This document shows, piece by piece, positions 41,601-50,341 of a stretch of DNA of 64,000 nt. Numbering within the stretch: position 1 is the first letter of the stretch; each line of letters begins with the position of its first letter. The DNA is from Pseudomonadota bacterium. Lineage in GTDB: Bacteria; Pseudomonadota; Gammaproteobacteria; Pseudomonadales; Halieaceae. Made by a program: the position numbers and the translations under genes. The DNA lies in NCBI GenBank assembly GCA_038746745.1, contig JBCDKJ010000016.1, positions 196 through 64,195 on the forward strand, given 5' to 3'. Below the pieces are notes generated by a model. It was not told the origin of the DNA. It made no database searches and worked only from the letters and a program-made list of their open reading frames with translations.

Positions 41601-41907
41601 AATTGAACTCTCCTGTTACGCGTGCACGTTCGATCTGCGCGTTGGAATAGCTCTTAGGAGGAGGCGACGGTTTGCCGGTAACGCGTGCGCTTCAGGAATA
41701 CGTTGCTCAGAGACTCTCTCTCATTTTCATATATGACGCTTTACTACAGGGAATTGTTAACCTGTGCGCTGAGATTTTTTTGAAGGCGCTTGTCGCAGGT
41801 TCTCTCCAAGGCTCTCCCGTCAACGGCATTGCTGACGCGTGAGGGAGAAACCCTGGTGAACCGATCTTATTGTTATTGCGGGCGTTGAATAGGTGGGGAT
41901 GTGGCTA

Positions 41908-42876
41908 TTACAGTGAGGCCAGCCTGTCTTGCAGCCTCTCATCGTGGGTATCAGAAATTTGAGCGTACAGGGATTTTGCTCGCTCTATCTCTCCTACTTC
42001 TTTGAGTAGATTTGCCAACCTGAAGCGAGCCCACTCCTTGGACGGCAAAGCCGGTCGGAAGGGCGCCTGTTCAAGAAAGGTCTCAAAGGCAGCAATACCC
42101 TGTTGGTGATGGATGCTGTTGGTCTCTGCTGTTCTCCCCAGCTGATAAAGGCTGATGAGGCGGGCATTTTCAAGTGCGACCGAGTTGCTGACAGGGCCGG
42201 CCGCGGCTCGCGCGAGATATTGGATAGCGCCTTCCAGATCATCTTCATTGCGCCGCAAAACGCCGGCTAGCAGCAACACTCGTGCATCGTTGGGATATTT
42301 CTGAAGTGTCTCGTTGAACAGGGCATCCGCCTCCTCATCCTTTTCTTCTTTCCAGAGAAAGTTGGCTTCGAGTATGTCCGCCTGCACGGGATCAAGCTTT
42401 CTCATGGTTTCAATACCTGATGCAGCAAGATCGCTGTCTCCTCCCGCGATGGCAGGCACAAAAATGTAGAACTCAATCAGAGTGTTTAGATAGAAGGCGT
42501 TCCCCGGCTCAATCTCGGTCGCCCGTATAAATGCCTTGCGAGATTTTTTTGCATACCTCAGAGCGGAGAAAACGGAATTCTGAGCTTGCTCGCCCATAAT
42601 CGTGCCATAGAGATGCTGAATGGCGGCGTTGTTGGGCTCGGCCTTGATGGCGCGAGTTATCCATTTATCCGCACCATCGAGGTCATCTAACTCAAGAAAA
42701 ATCTCAGCCAGCTTTGCCTGCGCGTTTGCGGTCTGTGAGCCCTTGCGCAGCTTGTTGATAGCGCTATCAAATTGCTCGTCTTTGAGCATATTGTCGATCT
42801 CGCTCATATCGACTGCCTGTGACGCCTGTGCCCAGATCAGCGCTAAAACGGATATCCAACGGATGAAGCTTTTCAT
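41908..42876 (-). CDS. Secreted TPR-repeat protein, last gene of the exporter operon
   Basis: Signal peptide MKSFIRWISVLALIWAQASQA and multiple TPR-like helical repeats, 32 nt downstream of the permease gene. Confidence 0.8.
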   Translation of the reverse strand: MKSFIRWISVLALIWAQASQAVDMSEIDNMLKDEQFDSAINKLRKGSQTANAQAKLAEIFLELDDLDGADKWITRAIKAEPNNAAIQHLYGTIMGEQAQNSVFSALRYAKKSRKAFIRATEIEPGNAFYLNTLIEFYIFVPAIAGGDSDLAASGIETMRKLDPVQADILEANFLWKEEKDEEADALFNETLQKYPNDARVLLLAGVLRRNEDDLEGAIQYLARAAAGPVSNSVALENARLISLYQLGRTAETNSIHHQQGIAAFETFLEQAPFRPALPSKEWARFRLANLLKEVGEIERAKSLYAQISDTHDERLQDRLASL

Positions 42877-42908
42877 TGCGGTCTCTCCAGTGCTGTTGTT
42901 TTATTGTC

Positions 42909-45353
42909 TTACTCGTAGCGCAAGCCAACGATCGGGCTCGCTCTGGCCACGCGCAGCACGTGGCTGATGACCGTGATGACGGCGAGTGAGACAGCAAGCG
43001 CACCCGCGGACGCAAGTATTGGTACCTGCGTCGTAATGCGGTCATCTGAAAACAGGCGCAGATAGAGGCTGGAAGCCGCAAATGCGCAGGGCAAGGCTAT
43101 CAACAGGGCGACCAATACTGGACGCAGGAACTTCCACAGCATCAGTTGCACGATTTGCCAGGTGCTGGCGCCAAGCACTTTGCGGACGCTGATTTCCTTC
43201 GTTCGCTGTGCCGCCATAAAGGCGGTTACCCCAAACAAACCAATCATCGCGAGCGTCAGCGCTACTAGCGCAAAGCCCGCCAGTGATGCTGTGATAGCCA
43301 GGAAAACACGAAAAATTTGCATAAAAAGGTCTGACAGAAAAAGACCGCTGATCGGATACTCGGGGATCACTCGCTTCCAGGTTTCTTCAATCGCCCTGAC
43401 GCTGTCAGGCATATCACTACCTGGTTGCATACGAACGGAGAGGTCGTTGAAACGCTGCTCGTCCCAAATATAGATCTGTGGGATTAGCTGATTCAGTTGG
43501 CCCATGTGTGGCAGCGTAGGCACCACACCTACAACGAGGTACTCGATCCCCTCCTCACTGTCTTCCTGTGCGTAAATACGCTGGTTGACGGCCTCACCGG
43601 GAGAGGCGAAGCCTAGCGCGCTGACCGCACGTTCATTGATGATGACGTGGGCGATCTCCGTCTCACCTTTGACAAAACGATCACCGCCCAGCGCACGGCT
43701 GAAGTTGCGGCCTGCGACAAAAGGAATCTCGTACAGTTCAAGAAACTCCGGCGACAGGCTGATGTACATCAGCTCTGGAGCCGCGTCATCTTTTTCTTTT
43801 CCGCGACTCATCTGGTAAGTACCCCACTTCGTGTCAAAGGGTACGGTAAACGCCAGCGCGGTACCTGCGACGGCGGGAATTCTTTCCAGTTCACGGCGCA
43901 GGATTTCCAGCCGAGAAGCTTTGTCCTCCAGCTTTATTAAGTTTAGGCGCAGGGCGTAAGTTTCATCTCTCGGAAAGATATAGCTGCCTTCTTCTACCAC
44001 GAGATTCTGTGCATAAATGATGGCCGCCAGCGCCAGCATAAAAGCAGAGATCGCGAACTGTAATCCAATCATTCCCGACCGGAGCCACGAGCCTTTTTGC
44101 CCCTGTCGGCCCTCATCGCGCAATGCAGCGATGGGGCTGGACCGGGTGATGATCCAGGCGGGGTAGCCGCCGGCAGCGAGGCCAATCAGCATTGTGGTTA
44201 AAACGAGGCCTGGAAGTTCTTCGCCGTAATCCAGCAACAATCCCTTGCCAGTTAGCGTGTTGTAGGCGGGAATAAGAAACTCGAGGCAAGCGAGGGCGAG
44301 TAGCATGCCGGAGCTCACAAGCAGTAGGCTCTCGGTCTGAAACTGTAGCAAGAGCTGGGTGCGCGTCGCGCCCATGGTTTTGCGTAAACCCACTTCGCGA
44401 CTCCGCCCCAGAGACTGCGCAGTGGCGAGGTTGGTGTAGTTCACGCAGATAATGACAATGACCAGCAGGCTTAGGAGTTGAATGATGGTTGTCACAGGTA
44501 AACCAATGTTATCCAGGAACGCCAGATTGGCGTCAGCCAGGGGTGCGGCATACAAGCCCAAAGCGTACTTGTCCTCTCTGGCAGACATATGCCGTTGGTA
44601 AATGCCGCCCAGCCCTTCTTCGAGCCAGGCGAGATCGAGGTGTTCCGGAAGCAGAACGTAGGTGAGGTCCATCGAGTTGAAACCTCTAAAGCCCCCGGTG
44701 ATATTGAAGTTGCTGACTTGGCTGTAGGCGGCTATCGGCGCCATAAATTCAAACTCTGCATCCCACAGTAGCGTAGAGTTGAAGTGAGAGTTCGCTGGCA
44801 CATCTTTGATTACGGCGGTCACGAGCAGGTCTAACTTGTTGTCCAGCGTGACGGTTTCACCAATCACGTCGGCCGTACCGAAGTGGCGCCTTGCGGTCGA
44901 TTCCGTCAGCAACAGGCCCGTCGGCTGGTCCAGCGCGCTAGCGTCGCCTGCGATGTAATCAAACTGGAAGATCTTTAAGAAAGATGGGTCCGCAAAGCGG
45001 ATTTGCTGGTTGAATTTTTCATCACCGATAGCCACAACCCGACTTCGGATCAAGGCACGTGCGACCTGCTCGACCTCTGTCAGTTCGGCGTCAATCAGCG
45101 GGCCGACGGCTGTATACACCGTGTTGTTGCGGCCAGTAGTGCCCGCAGTGACGTCGCCTCGCATTTGCGTGCCAACCGTGTAGATGCGATCACTGTTGGG
45201 AAAGAACATGTCATGGGTCAGTTCGTACTTCACGATCAGCCCGCCAAAAACAAAAATAGTCAAACCCAGTACAAAGCTGAACAGGTTGATCAGGCTGTAC
45301 AGCTTGTTGCGCTGAAGTGTGCGCAGGGCAATTTTCAGGTAGTTTGAAAACAC
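42909..45353 (-). CDS. ABC transporter permease, duplicated FtsX/MacB-type (two FtsX domains)
   Basis: 814 aa. It begins MFSNYLKIALRTLQRNKLYSLIN, typical of MacB_PCD/FtsX permeases. It has two 4-TM halves, each with a large periplasmic domain. Confidence 0.9.
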   Translation of the reverse strand: MFSNYLKIALRTLQRNKLYSLINLFSFVLGLTIFVFGGLIVKYELTHDMFFPNSDRIYTVGTQMRGDVTAGTTGRNNTVYTAVGPLIDAELTEVEQVARALIRSRVVAIGDEKFNQQIRFADPSFLKIFQFDYIAGDASALDQPTGLLLTESTARRHFGTADVIGETVTLDNKLDLLVTAVIKDVPANSHFNSTLLWDAEFEFMAPIAAYSQVSNFNITGGFRGFNSMDLTYVLLPEHLDLAWLEEGLGGIYQRHMSAREDKYALGLYAAPLADANLAFLDNIGLPVTTIIQLLSLLVIVIICVNYTNLATAQSLGRSREVGLRKTMGATRTQLLLQFQTESLLLVSSGMLLALACLEFLIPAYNTLTGKGLLLDYGEELPGLVLTTMLIGLAAGGYPAWIITRSSPIAALRDEGRQGQKGSWLRSGMIGLQFAISAFMLALAAIIYAQNLVVEEGSYIFPRDETYALRLNLIKLEDKASRLEILRRELERIPAVAGTALAFTVPFDTKWGTYQMSRGKEKDDAAPELMYISLSPEFLELYEIPFVAGRNFSRALGGDRFVKGETEIAHVIINERAVSALGFASPGEAVNQRIYAQEDSEEGIEYLVVGVVPTLPHMGQLNQLIPQIYIWDEQRFNDLSVRMQPGSDMPDSVRAIEETWKRVIPEYPISGLFLSDLFMQIFRVFLAITASLAGFALVALTLAMIGLFGVTAFMAAQRTKEISVRKVLGASTWQIVQLMLWKFLRPVLVALLIALPCAFAASSLYLRLFSDDRITTQVPILASAGALAVSLAVITVISHVLRVARASPIVGLRYE

Positions 45354-45434
45354 AGGCTTACCTCATGGGGGTAGCGGGTTTTGGAGATGGTTTGCGAAGC
45401 CCGGCGGCATCTTCCAATGGGTTCTCGCAGAAAG

Positions 45435-46115
45435 TCACGCTGCTCGCAGTGCATCGGTCACGACCTCGCCATCAAACAGGTTCACCGTTCGCTTGGCGTA
45501 GTCTGCATGGGCGGGGGAATGCGTCACCATGACGATCGTGCTGCCCTCATCATTCAGGGAGCGGAGTAGCTCCATGACTTCGCGTCCGTGCGCAGAATCC
45601 AGGTTGCCGGTGGGCTCATCTGCGAGAATTAGAGGTTGATCAGCCACAATGGCCCGCGCAACGGCCACGCGCTGCTGTTGCCCCCCGGAGAGCTGGCCGG
45701 GCATGTGCCTGGCGCGATGTGCGATACCCATGCGGTCCATCACGTCTGCAACGCGATCCCGTCGCTCGCTGCGAGAAATGTTCTGGTAGAGCAGGGCAAG
45801 CTCTATATTGTCGGCAACATTCAGCTCGTCGATCAGGTTGAAGCTCTGGAAGATGAAACCGATATTGCGCTTGCGAAGGTCGCTACGTTTTGACTCAGAG
45901 TGCTGCGCAACGTCCTCGTCAAAGAAGAAGTACTGTCCCGAGGATGGGCTGTCCAGCAGACCGATAATGTTGAGCAGGGTGGATTTACCGCAACCGGACG
46001 GACCCATCACCGCGATAAAATCACCCTGGGCAACTGCGATATCGATCCCGTTTAACGCCACCGTCTCGATGTCCTGAGTCTGGTACATCTTGGTGAGATT
46101 TTTCAGAGTAAGCAT
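45435..46115 (-). CDS. ABC transporter ATP-binding protein (MacB/LolD-type)
   Basis: Walker A GPSGCGKSTLLN, signature LSGGQQQRVAVARAI, Walker B LILADEPTGNLD. Confidence 0.95.
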   Translation of the reverse strand: MLTLKNLTKMYQTQDIETVALNGIDIAVAQGDFIAVMGPSGCGKSTLLNIIGLLDSPSSGQYFFFDEDVAQHSESKRSDLRKRNIGFIFQSFNLIDELNVADNIELALLYQNISRSERRDRVADVMDRMGIAHRARHMPGQLSGGQQQRVAVARAIVADQPLILADEPTGNLDSAHGREVMELLRSLNDEGSTIVMVTHSPAHADYAKRTVNLFDGEVVTDALRAA

Positions 46116-46133
46116 GGGTTTTGTCCTTTGGCC

Positions 46134-47462
46134 TTAGTTGCCTGTTTGATGACTCGTACGGTCTAGAGTGATTCGGTCCATATCGACGTAACTCGTGTAA
46201 GGCGACGTGATGACGCGCTCGCCGATCTCAAGACCATCCAGAACTTCTATAAAGTCGGTGTTGCGCCGCCCCATTCTGACGTTCCGCCTGACAGCTTCGC
46301 TGCCATCCGGTTGCACCACGAAAATCCATCGTCCACCCGTTTGTTGATAGAAAGATCCGTTCGGTATCAGCAGTGCAGGGGTATCGTCACCGAGGCTTAG
46401 CTGGGCCTGTAACGTCTGTCCGCGGCGCATATGCTTTGGTTCTTCGTTAAATATCATGTCTACTTCGAACTGCCCGTTGCTGACCTGGGGATAGATCTTG
46501 GCGATAGAGAGCCAGAAGGTTGTGCCCGCAAGTTCAGCCTCCGCCGTCTGCCCCAGGTCGACCCTGCCTAGATAAAATTCATCAATGGACACGCGAAGCT
46601 TGAACCCATCGGGGTCATCAATCTGCCCTAAGCGCCCGCCCCGTCGAATGGACTCGCCTACTTCCACGGAGAAGCCCGACAGTTTTCCCGTTACCGGCGC
46701 GCGAACGCTCAAATCAGCCAGGTTTTTGCGAGCAAACTGCAGGCTCGTCTGTAGCTGTTCACCTGCTTGCCGCAGTTGCAACAGCTGCTGTTCCTGCATT
46801 CGGGTATCTGTTGCCTGGCTCTCCAGCGTCACCTCGCGACGACTTTTGAAGTACTGCAATTCGTCCTGCAGGTCCTCGAGGGTTGATTTTGAGACCAGCG
46901 CAGCAGTGGCCAGGGACTGTTGGCGCTCTATGCTTCGGCTCAAACGCTTGATTTGATACTCGATCTCTACAAGGTTGCGCTTATGAGAGAGACGGTTTTG
47001 CTCCAACTGCAGCTCGATGGAGCGGATGTTATTTAACTGCTCGGTGACAGATGCTTCGCGCCCTAACACTTCAAGCTGCAGGTTGGTGTTGGACAAGATG
47101 GCAATAGGGTCGCCCGCATTCACCAGGGCGCCGTCTTCAACCAGCACTTGTTCTACGCGGCCACCTTCAATGGCGTCGAGATACACGGTACTGCGTGGAA
47201 TCAGTCGACCTCGGAGCGGTATGAAGTCCTGAAAAGTACCGCGGCTCACGCTCGAAACCATAATATGAGCAGGGTTCACGGAGAGCGTGCGTCCGCCGCC
47301 GACCACTGATACCAGCCAAGCCGCTAGCATCAGCAGCGAGACCAACGCCAGGGCTGCAACCGCCCACATTCCGATGGGCTGTTTTCTTGCTGTCTGACGG
47401 TCCATGCCCTGGCCGGACGCGGGGGCAGCTCTGTCTTGAGAAACGTCTTTTAGCGCGTGCAT
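46134..47462 (-). CDS. HlyD-family periplasmic adaptor (membrane fusion protein)
   Basis: N-terminal TM helix, long coiled-coil hairpin, then beta-barrel. The start is moved to ATG 47462 (MHALKD; ATG 47405 MDRQ is an alternative) because the track start 47525 lies upstream of the sigma-54 promoter at 47497-47511. Confidence 0.88.
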   Translation of the reverse strand: MHALKDVSQDRAAPASGQGMDRQTARKQPIGMWAVAALALVSLLMLAAWLVSVVGGGRTLSVNPAHIMVSSVSRGTFQDFIPLRGRLIPRSTVYLDAIEGGRVEQVLVEDGALVNAGDPIAILSNTNLQLEVLGREASVTEQLNNIRSIELQLEQNRLSHKRNLVEIEYQIKRLSRSIERQQSLATAALVSKSTLEDLQDELQYFKSRREVTLESQATDTRMQEQQLLQLRQAGEQLQTSLQFARKNLADLSVRAPVTGKLSGFSVEVGESIRRGGRLGQIDDPDGFKLRVSIDEFYLGRVDLGQTAEAELAGTTFWLSIAKIYPQVSNGQFEVDMIFNEEPKHMRRGQTLQAQLSLGDDTPALLIPNGSFYQQTGGRWIFVVQPDGSEAVRRNVRMGRRNTDFIEVLDGLEIGERVITSPYTSYVDMDRITLDRTSHQTGN

Positions 47463-47496
47463 GGCATCTGATTCCAGTGCGATCAATCGTCTAATG

Positions 47497-47511
47497 GCAA
47501 TTGCTGTGCCA
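47497..47511 (-). promoter_or_regulatory. Sigma-54 (-24/-12) promoter of the adaptor-ABC-permease-TPR operon
   Basis: The minus strand reads TGGCACAGCAATTGC, which is TGGCAC-N5-TTGC with exact GG/GC spacing. It is oriented toward the operon and adjacent to an NtrC-type activator gene. Confidence 0.65.
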
Positions 47512-47574
47512 GGTCCATAACTCATTGAAAGAATTGGGTTATTTTATTTTTGCGGAAATACCAGTGGCGCAAGC

Positions 47575-47612
47575 TGTACGAATACGAACAGCCTGGTGTA
47601 CGATTTCGAACA
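47575..47612. promoter_or_regulatory. Tandem enhancer-like repeats (candidate activator binding sites)
   Basis: TGTACGAATACGAACA (47575-47590) and TGTACGATTTCGAACA (47597-47612) are 14/16 identical. Each is an imperfect dyad, they are 22 nt apart, and they lie 64-101 nt upstream of the -24 element. Confidence 0.45.
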
Positions 47613-47636
47613 CTTTTGGCGTTAAATCTGCACCTT

Positions 47637-49007
47637 ATGGCCAGCATTCTGGTTGTCGATGATGACGAAGATATTCTTGTAGCGAGCCGCTTGCTGCTGC
47701 AACGACAGTCTCATGATGTGGTTACCTGTGCGGACCCCGCGGAAATTCCCTCCTGTCTCGACGCCTATGCCTTAGATGCCGTGCTGCTGGATCTGAACTT
47801 CCGGCCCGGAGAATCCTCCGGACATGAGGGCATGTCTTGGCTTAAGCAGATTCAAAGCTCAGACCCTGACCTGTCCGTCATTGCAATGACGGCGCACGCG
47901 GACATGGAGATTGCAATAGAAGCGCTGAAGAGCGGCGCCAGTGATTTTGTGAACAAACCCTGGCAGAACGAACGCATGCTGGCCACCCTCTCCTCCGCCA
48001 TTGAGCTTACGCGAAGTCGTCGAGAGGCCAATCAGCTGCGACTTAGCAACAGGGTGCTCTCTGAAGCCGTGTCATCGCCGGCTGAGAACGTAGTCTCGGC
48101 GTCTGCAGAAATGGAAGAGGTCTTATCAATGGTTGCCAGAGTGGCACCCTCTGACGCCAACGTTCTTATCCTGGGTGAGAACGGTACAGGAAAAGAACTG
48201 ATCGCACGGGAGGTTCATCGCCAGTCCGCTCGGGCGAACGGGGTCTTCCTGGCGGTCGATTTGGGGGCGGTCAGTGAGTCGCTATTTGAGGCGGAGCTGT
48301 TTGGTCATCGAAAGGGCGCGTTCACAGGTGCCAGATCTGATCGACCCGGTCGCTTTCAGGCTGCGGCGGGAGGCACTCTGTTTCTGGACGAAGTTGGCAA
48401 TCTTCCAGTGCATCTTCAGGCTAAGCTACTGCGTGTATTGCAGGAGCGCCAGATAACGCCGCTTGGTTCAGACAGAGCCGAGCCGATCGATGTCAGGATC
48501 GTGGCCGCCACCAGCGTCTCTCCAGACATGCTAAACGATCCCGACCATTTCCGGCCGGATTTGTTATTTCGATTAAACACCGTAGAAATCATGATTCCTC
48601 CACTGCGTGAACGTCGCGCAGATATCTTGCCGGTTGCCAAACATTTTTTGGCTGTCAACTTACATAAGTATCGTCAGGGGCCCATGGTGTTTTCGCACGA
48701 CGCGGAGCTGGCAATGTTAGATTATGACTGGCCTGGTAACGTACGCGCGCTTCAGCATGCTGTGGAGCGGGCGGTGATACTGGCAAAGCAGGATGTACTT
48801 GAGCCTGAAGACTTACAGCTAAAGCATTCGGCGGCGCGACCCGCAGAGCCTGTTGCAAGCGCTGATACGGTCAGCCTTGAGCAGCTCGAGAAGAATGCAA
48901 TCCATGAAGCCCTGTGTCGAAATGGCTTCAATATTTCACATACGGCACAAGAGTTAGGGCTCACTCGGGCGTCACTGTATCGACGGATGGAGAAACATGG
49001 TCTCTAA
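47637..49007 (+). CDS. Sigma-54-dependent response regulator (NtrC family)
   Basis: Receiver domain (ILVVDDDEDIL...DLNF), AAA+ sigma-54 interaction domain (GENGTGKELIAREVH, GAFTGA, ESELFGH-like EAELFGH), and a C-terminal Fis-type HTH. Start taken at MASILVVDDD. Confidence 0.95.
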   Translation: MASILVVDDDEDILVASRLLLQRQSHDVVTCADPAEIPSCLDAYALDAVLLDLNFRPGESSGHEGMSWLKQIQSSDPDLSVIAMTAHADMEIAIEALKSGASDFVNKPWQNERMLATLSSAIELTRSRREANQLRLSNRVLSEAVSSPAENVVSASAEMEEVLSMVARVAPSDANVLILGENGTGKELIAREVHRQSARANGVFLAVDLGAVSESLFEAELFGHRKGAFTGARSDRPGRFQAAAGGTLFLDEVGNLPVHLQAKLLRVLQERQITPLGSDRAEPIDVRIVAATSVSPDMLNDPDHFRPDLLFRLNTVEIMIPPLRERRADILPVAKHFLAVNLHKYRQGPMVFSHDAELAMLDYDWPGNVRALQHAVERAVILAKQDVLEPEDLQLKHSAARPAEPVASADTVSLEQLEKNAIHEALCRNGFNISHTAQELGLTRASLYRRMEKHGL

Positions 49008-50337
49008 TCACTTTACCCTTCAGTTGGGCCTGCGGGTGCTCCTGATCATTGCTGCGGCGATAGCTGGTTCATGGCTTCTAGTGAGGCCTGGCATGCATGT
49101 GAGCACGGTGCTGGTCCTGGCGGGGCTTGCCATACTTGCCGTGGAACTTTGGCACTATGTGAACCGAACCAATATTGAACTGGCCAGATTCCTTGAAGCA
49201 TTTCAGTATGGAGATACAACGCGAGCTCCCTTGCCGGTGACCACCGGTGGCTTTGAGGAGCTTCGCGATAGCATTGCCGGAATATTGCAGCGCCTGAAAA
49301 AGCAGCGCTCAAGCCAGGAGACAGAGGCACGAAACCTGCGCCTGTTGATAGATCACAGTCCTGTGCCCTTGTTAACGCTGCATGAAGATGGCGCTCTTAC
49401 AATAAACAATCACGCAGCGCGCAGGCTTTTTGGTGCAAGCCAGATTGCGCGCATCAGCGATATCGCACCCTTTGGCGCTACTCTGCGGCGCGCCCTGTCA
49501 GAGACCCTGCCGGGCGAAAGTCGCGTGGTGACGATTACCGTGGATGGGATTTCCCGCCAATACAGCCTGTCGGTCACTGAGTACAGGGCCGCTGACGGGG
49601 TGCATCGCCTGTTGTCATTGCAGGACATACAGAGCGAACTGGCTGACGTGCAGGTGCAGGCCTGGCAGGACCTTGTGCGTGTGCTGGCGCACGAAATTAT
49701 GAACTCCATGACGCCCATTACGTCGTTGGCGAATACCTCAACTGATCTTGCGAGATCTTTGCGCGGCAATGCAAAACCCGACGAACGCTGTTTGGATGAT
49801 CTGGATAGCGCCTTAGCAACGATAGCTAAGCGCTCCGATGGTTTGCTGCAATTTGTTGAAAGCTATCGCCAGCTGACGCGTCTGGCACCGCCAGAAAGGC
49901 GCCGCGTCAGTATTCGTGAGCTCATAGATTCGGTGATTCAACTGTCCGTGGCCGAACGTTTGCAAACCCCAGACATAGTGGACTGGCATGTGTCGCCGCA
50001 GGACCTTCACGGCTACCTTGACCGTGAGCTGGTCGAGCCAGTCTTGCTAAATCTACTGCGTAACGCCTGGCAGGCAACGGCTTCAATAGCGCAACCCAGG
50101 ATACGGATCAATGCATACCTTAATCGTGCGGGCAGTCTTGTTCTGGAAGTAAGTGACAATGGACCCGGCATCGCCAAAGAGCTTCAAAACAGAGTCTTCG
50201 TGCCTTTTTTTACTACAAAAAAAGGCGGCTCTGGTGTGGGCCTCGCACTGGCAAAGCAAGTCATGACAGCGCACGCTGGACATATTCGATACGTCGATAA
50301 TGAAGGCGGTGGCGCGAGATTCCTGCTGATCTTCTAA
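48997..50337 (+). CDS. Sensor histidine kinase (two N-terminal TM helices, PAS-like, HisKA, HATPase)
   Basis: H-box LAHEIMNSMTPI, N/G boxes (LLNLLRNAWQA, DNGPGI, GGSGVGLALAKQV), and an 11-nt overlap with the regulator gene. Confidence 0.9.
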   Translation: MVSNHFTLQLGLRVLLIIAAAIAGSWLLVRPGMHVSTVLVLAGLAILAVELWHYVNRTNIELARFLEAFQYGDTTRAPLPVTTGGFEELRDSIAGILQRLKKQRSSQETEARNLRLLIDHSPVPLLTLHEDGALTINNHAARRLFGASQIARISDIAPFGATLRRALSETLPGESRVVTITVDGISRQYSLSVTEYRAADGVHRLLSLQDIQSELADVQVQAWQDLVRVLAHEIMNSMTPITSLANTSTDLARSLRGNAKPDERCLDDLDSALATIAKRSDGLLQFVESYRQLTRLAPPERRRVSIRELIDSVIQLSVAERLQTPDIVDWHVSPQDLHGYLDRELVEPVLLNLLRNAWQATASIAQPRIRINAYLNRAGSLVLEVSDNGPGIAKELQNRVFVPFFTTKKGGSGVGLALAKQVMTAHAGHIRYVDNEGGGARFLLIF

Positions 50338-50341
50338 AGCA

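Noticed and set aside
47617-47632. Plus-strand TGGCGTTAAATCTGCA with sigma-54-like GG/GC spacing, just before the response-regulator ATG.
   Set aside because: The predicted transcription start would fall at or after the ATG at 47637. The -24 and -12 flanks are poorer than the minus-strand site, so it is probably fortuitous.
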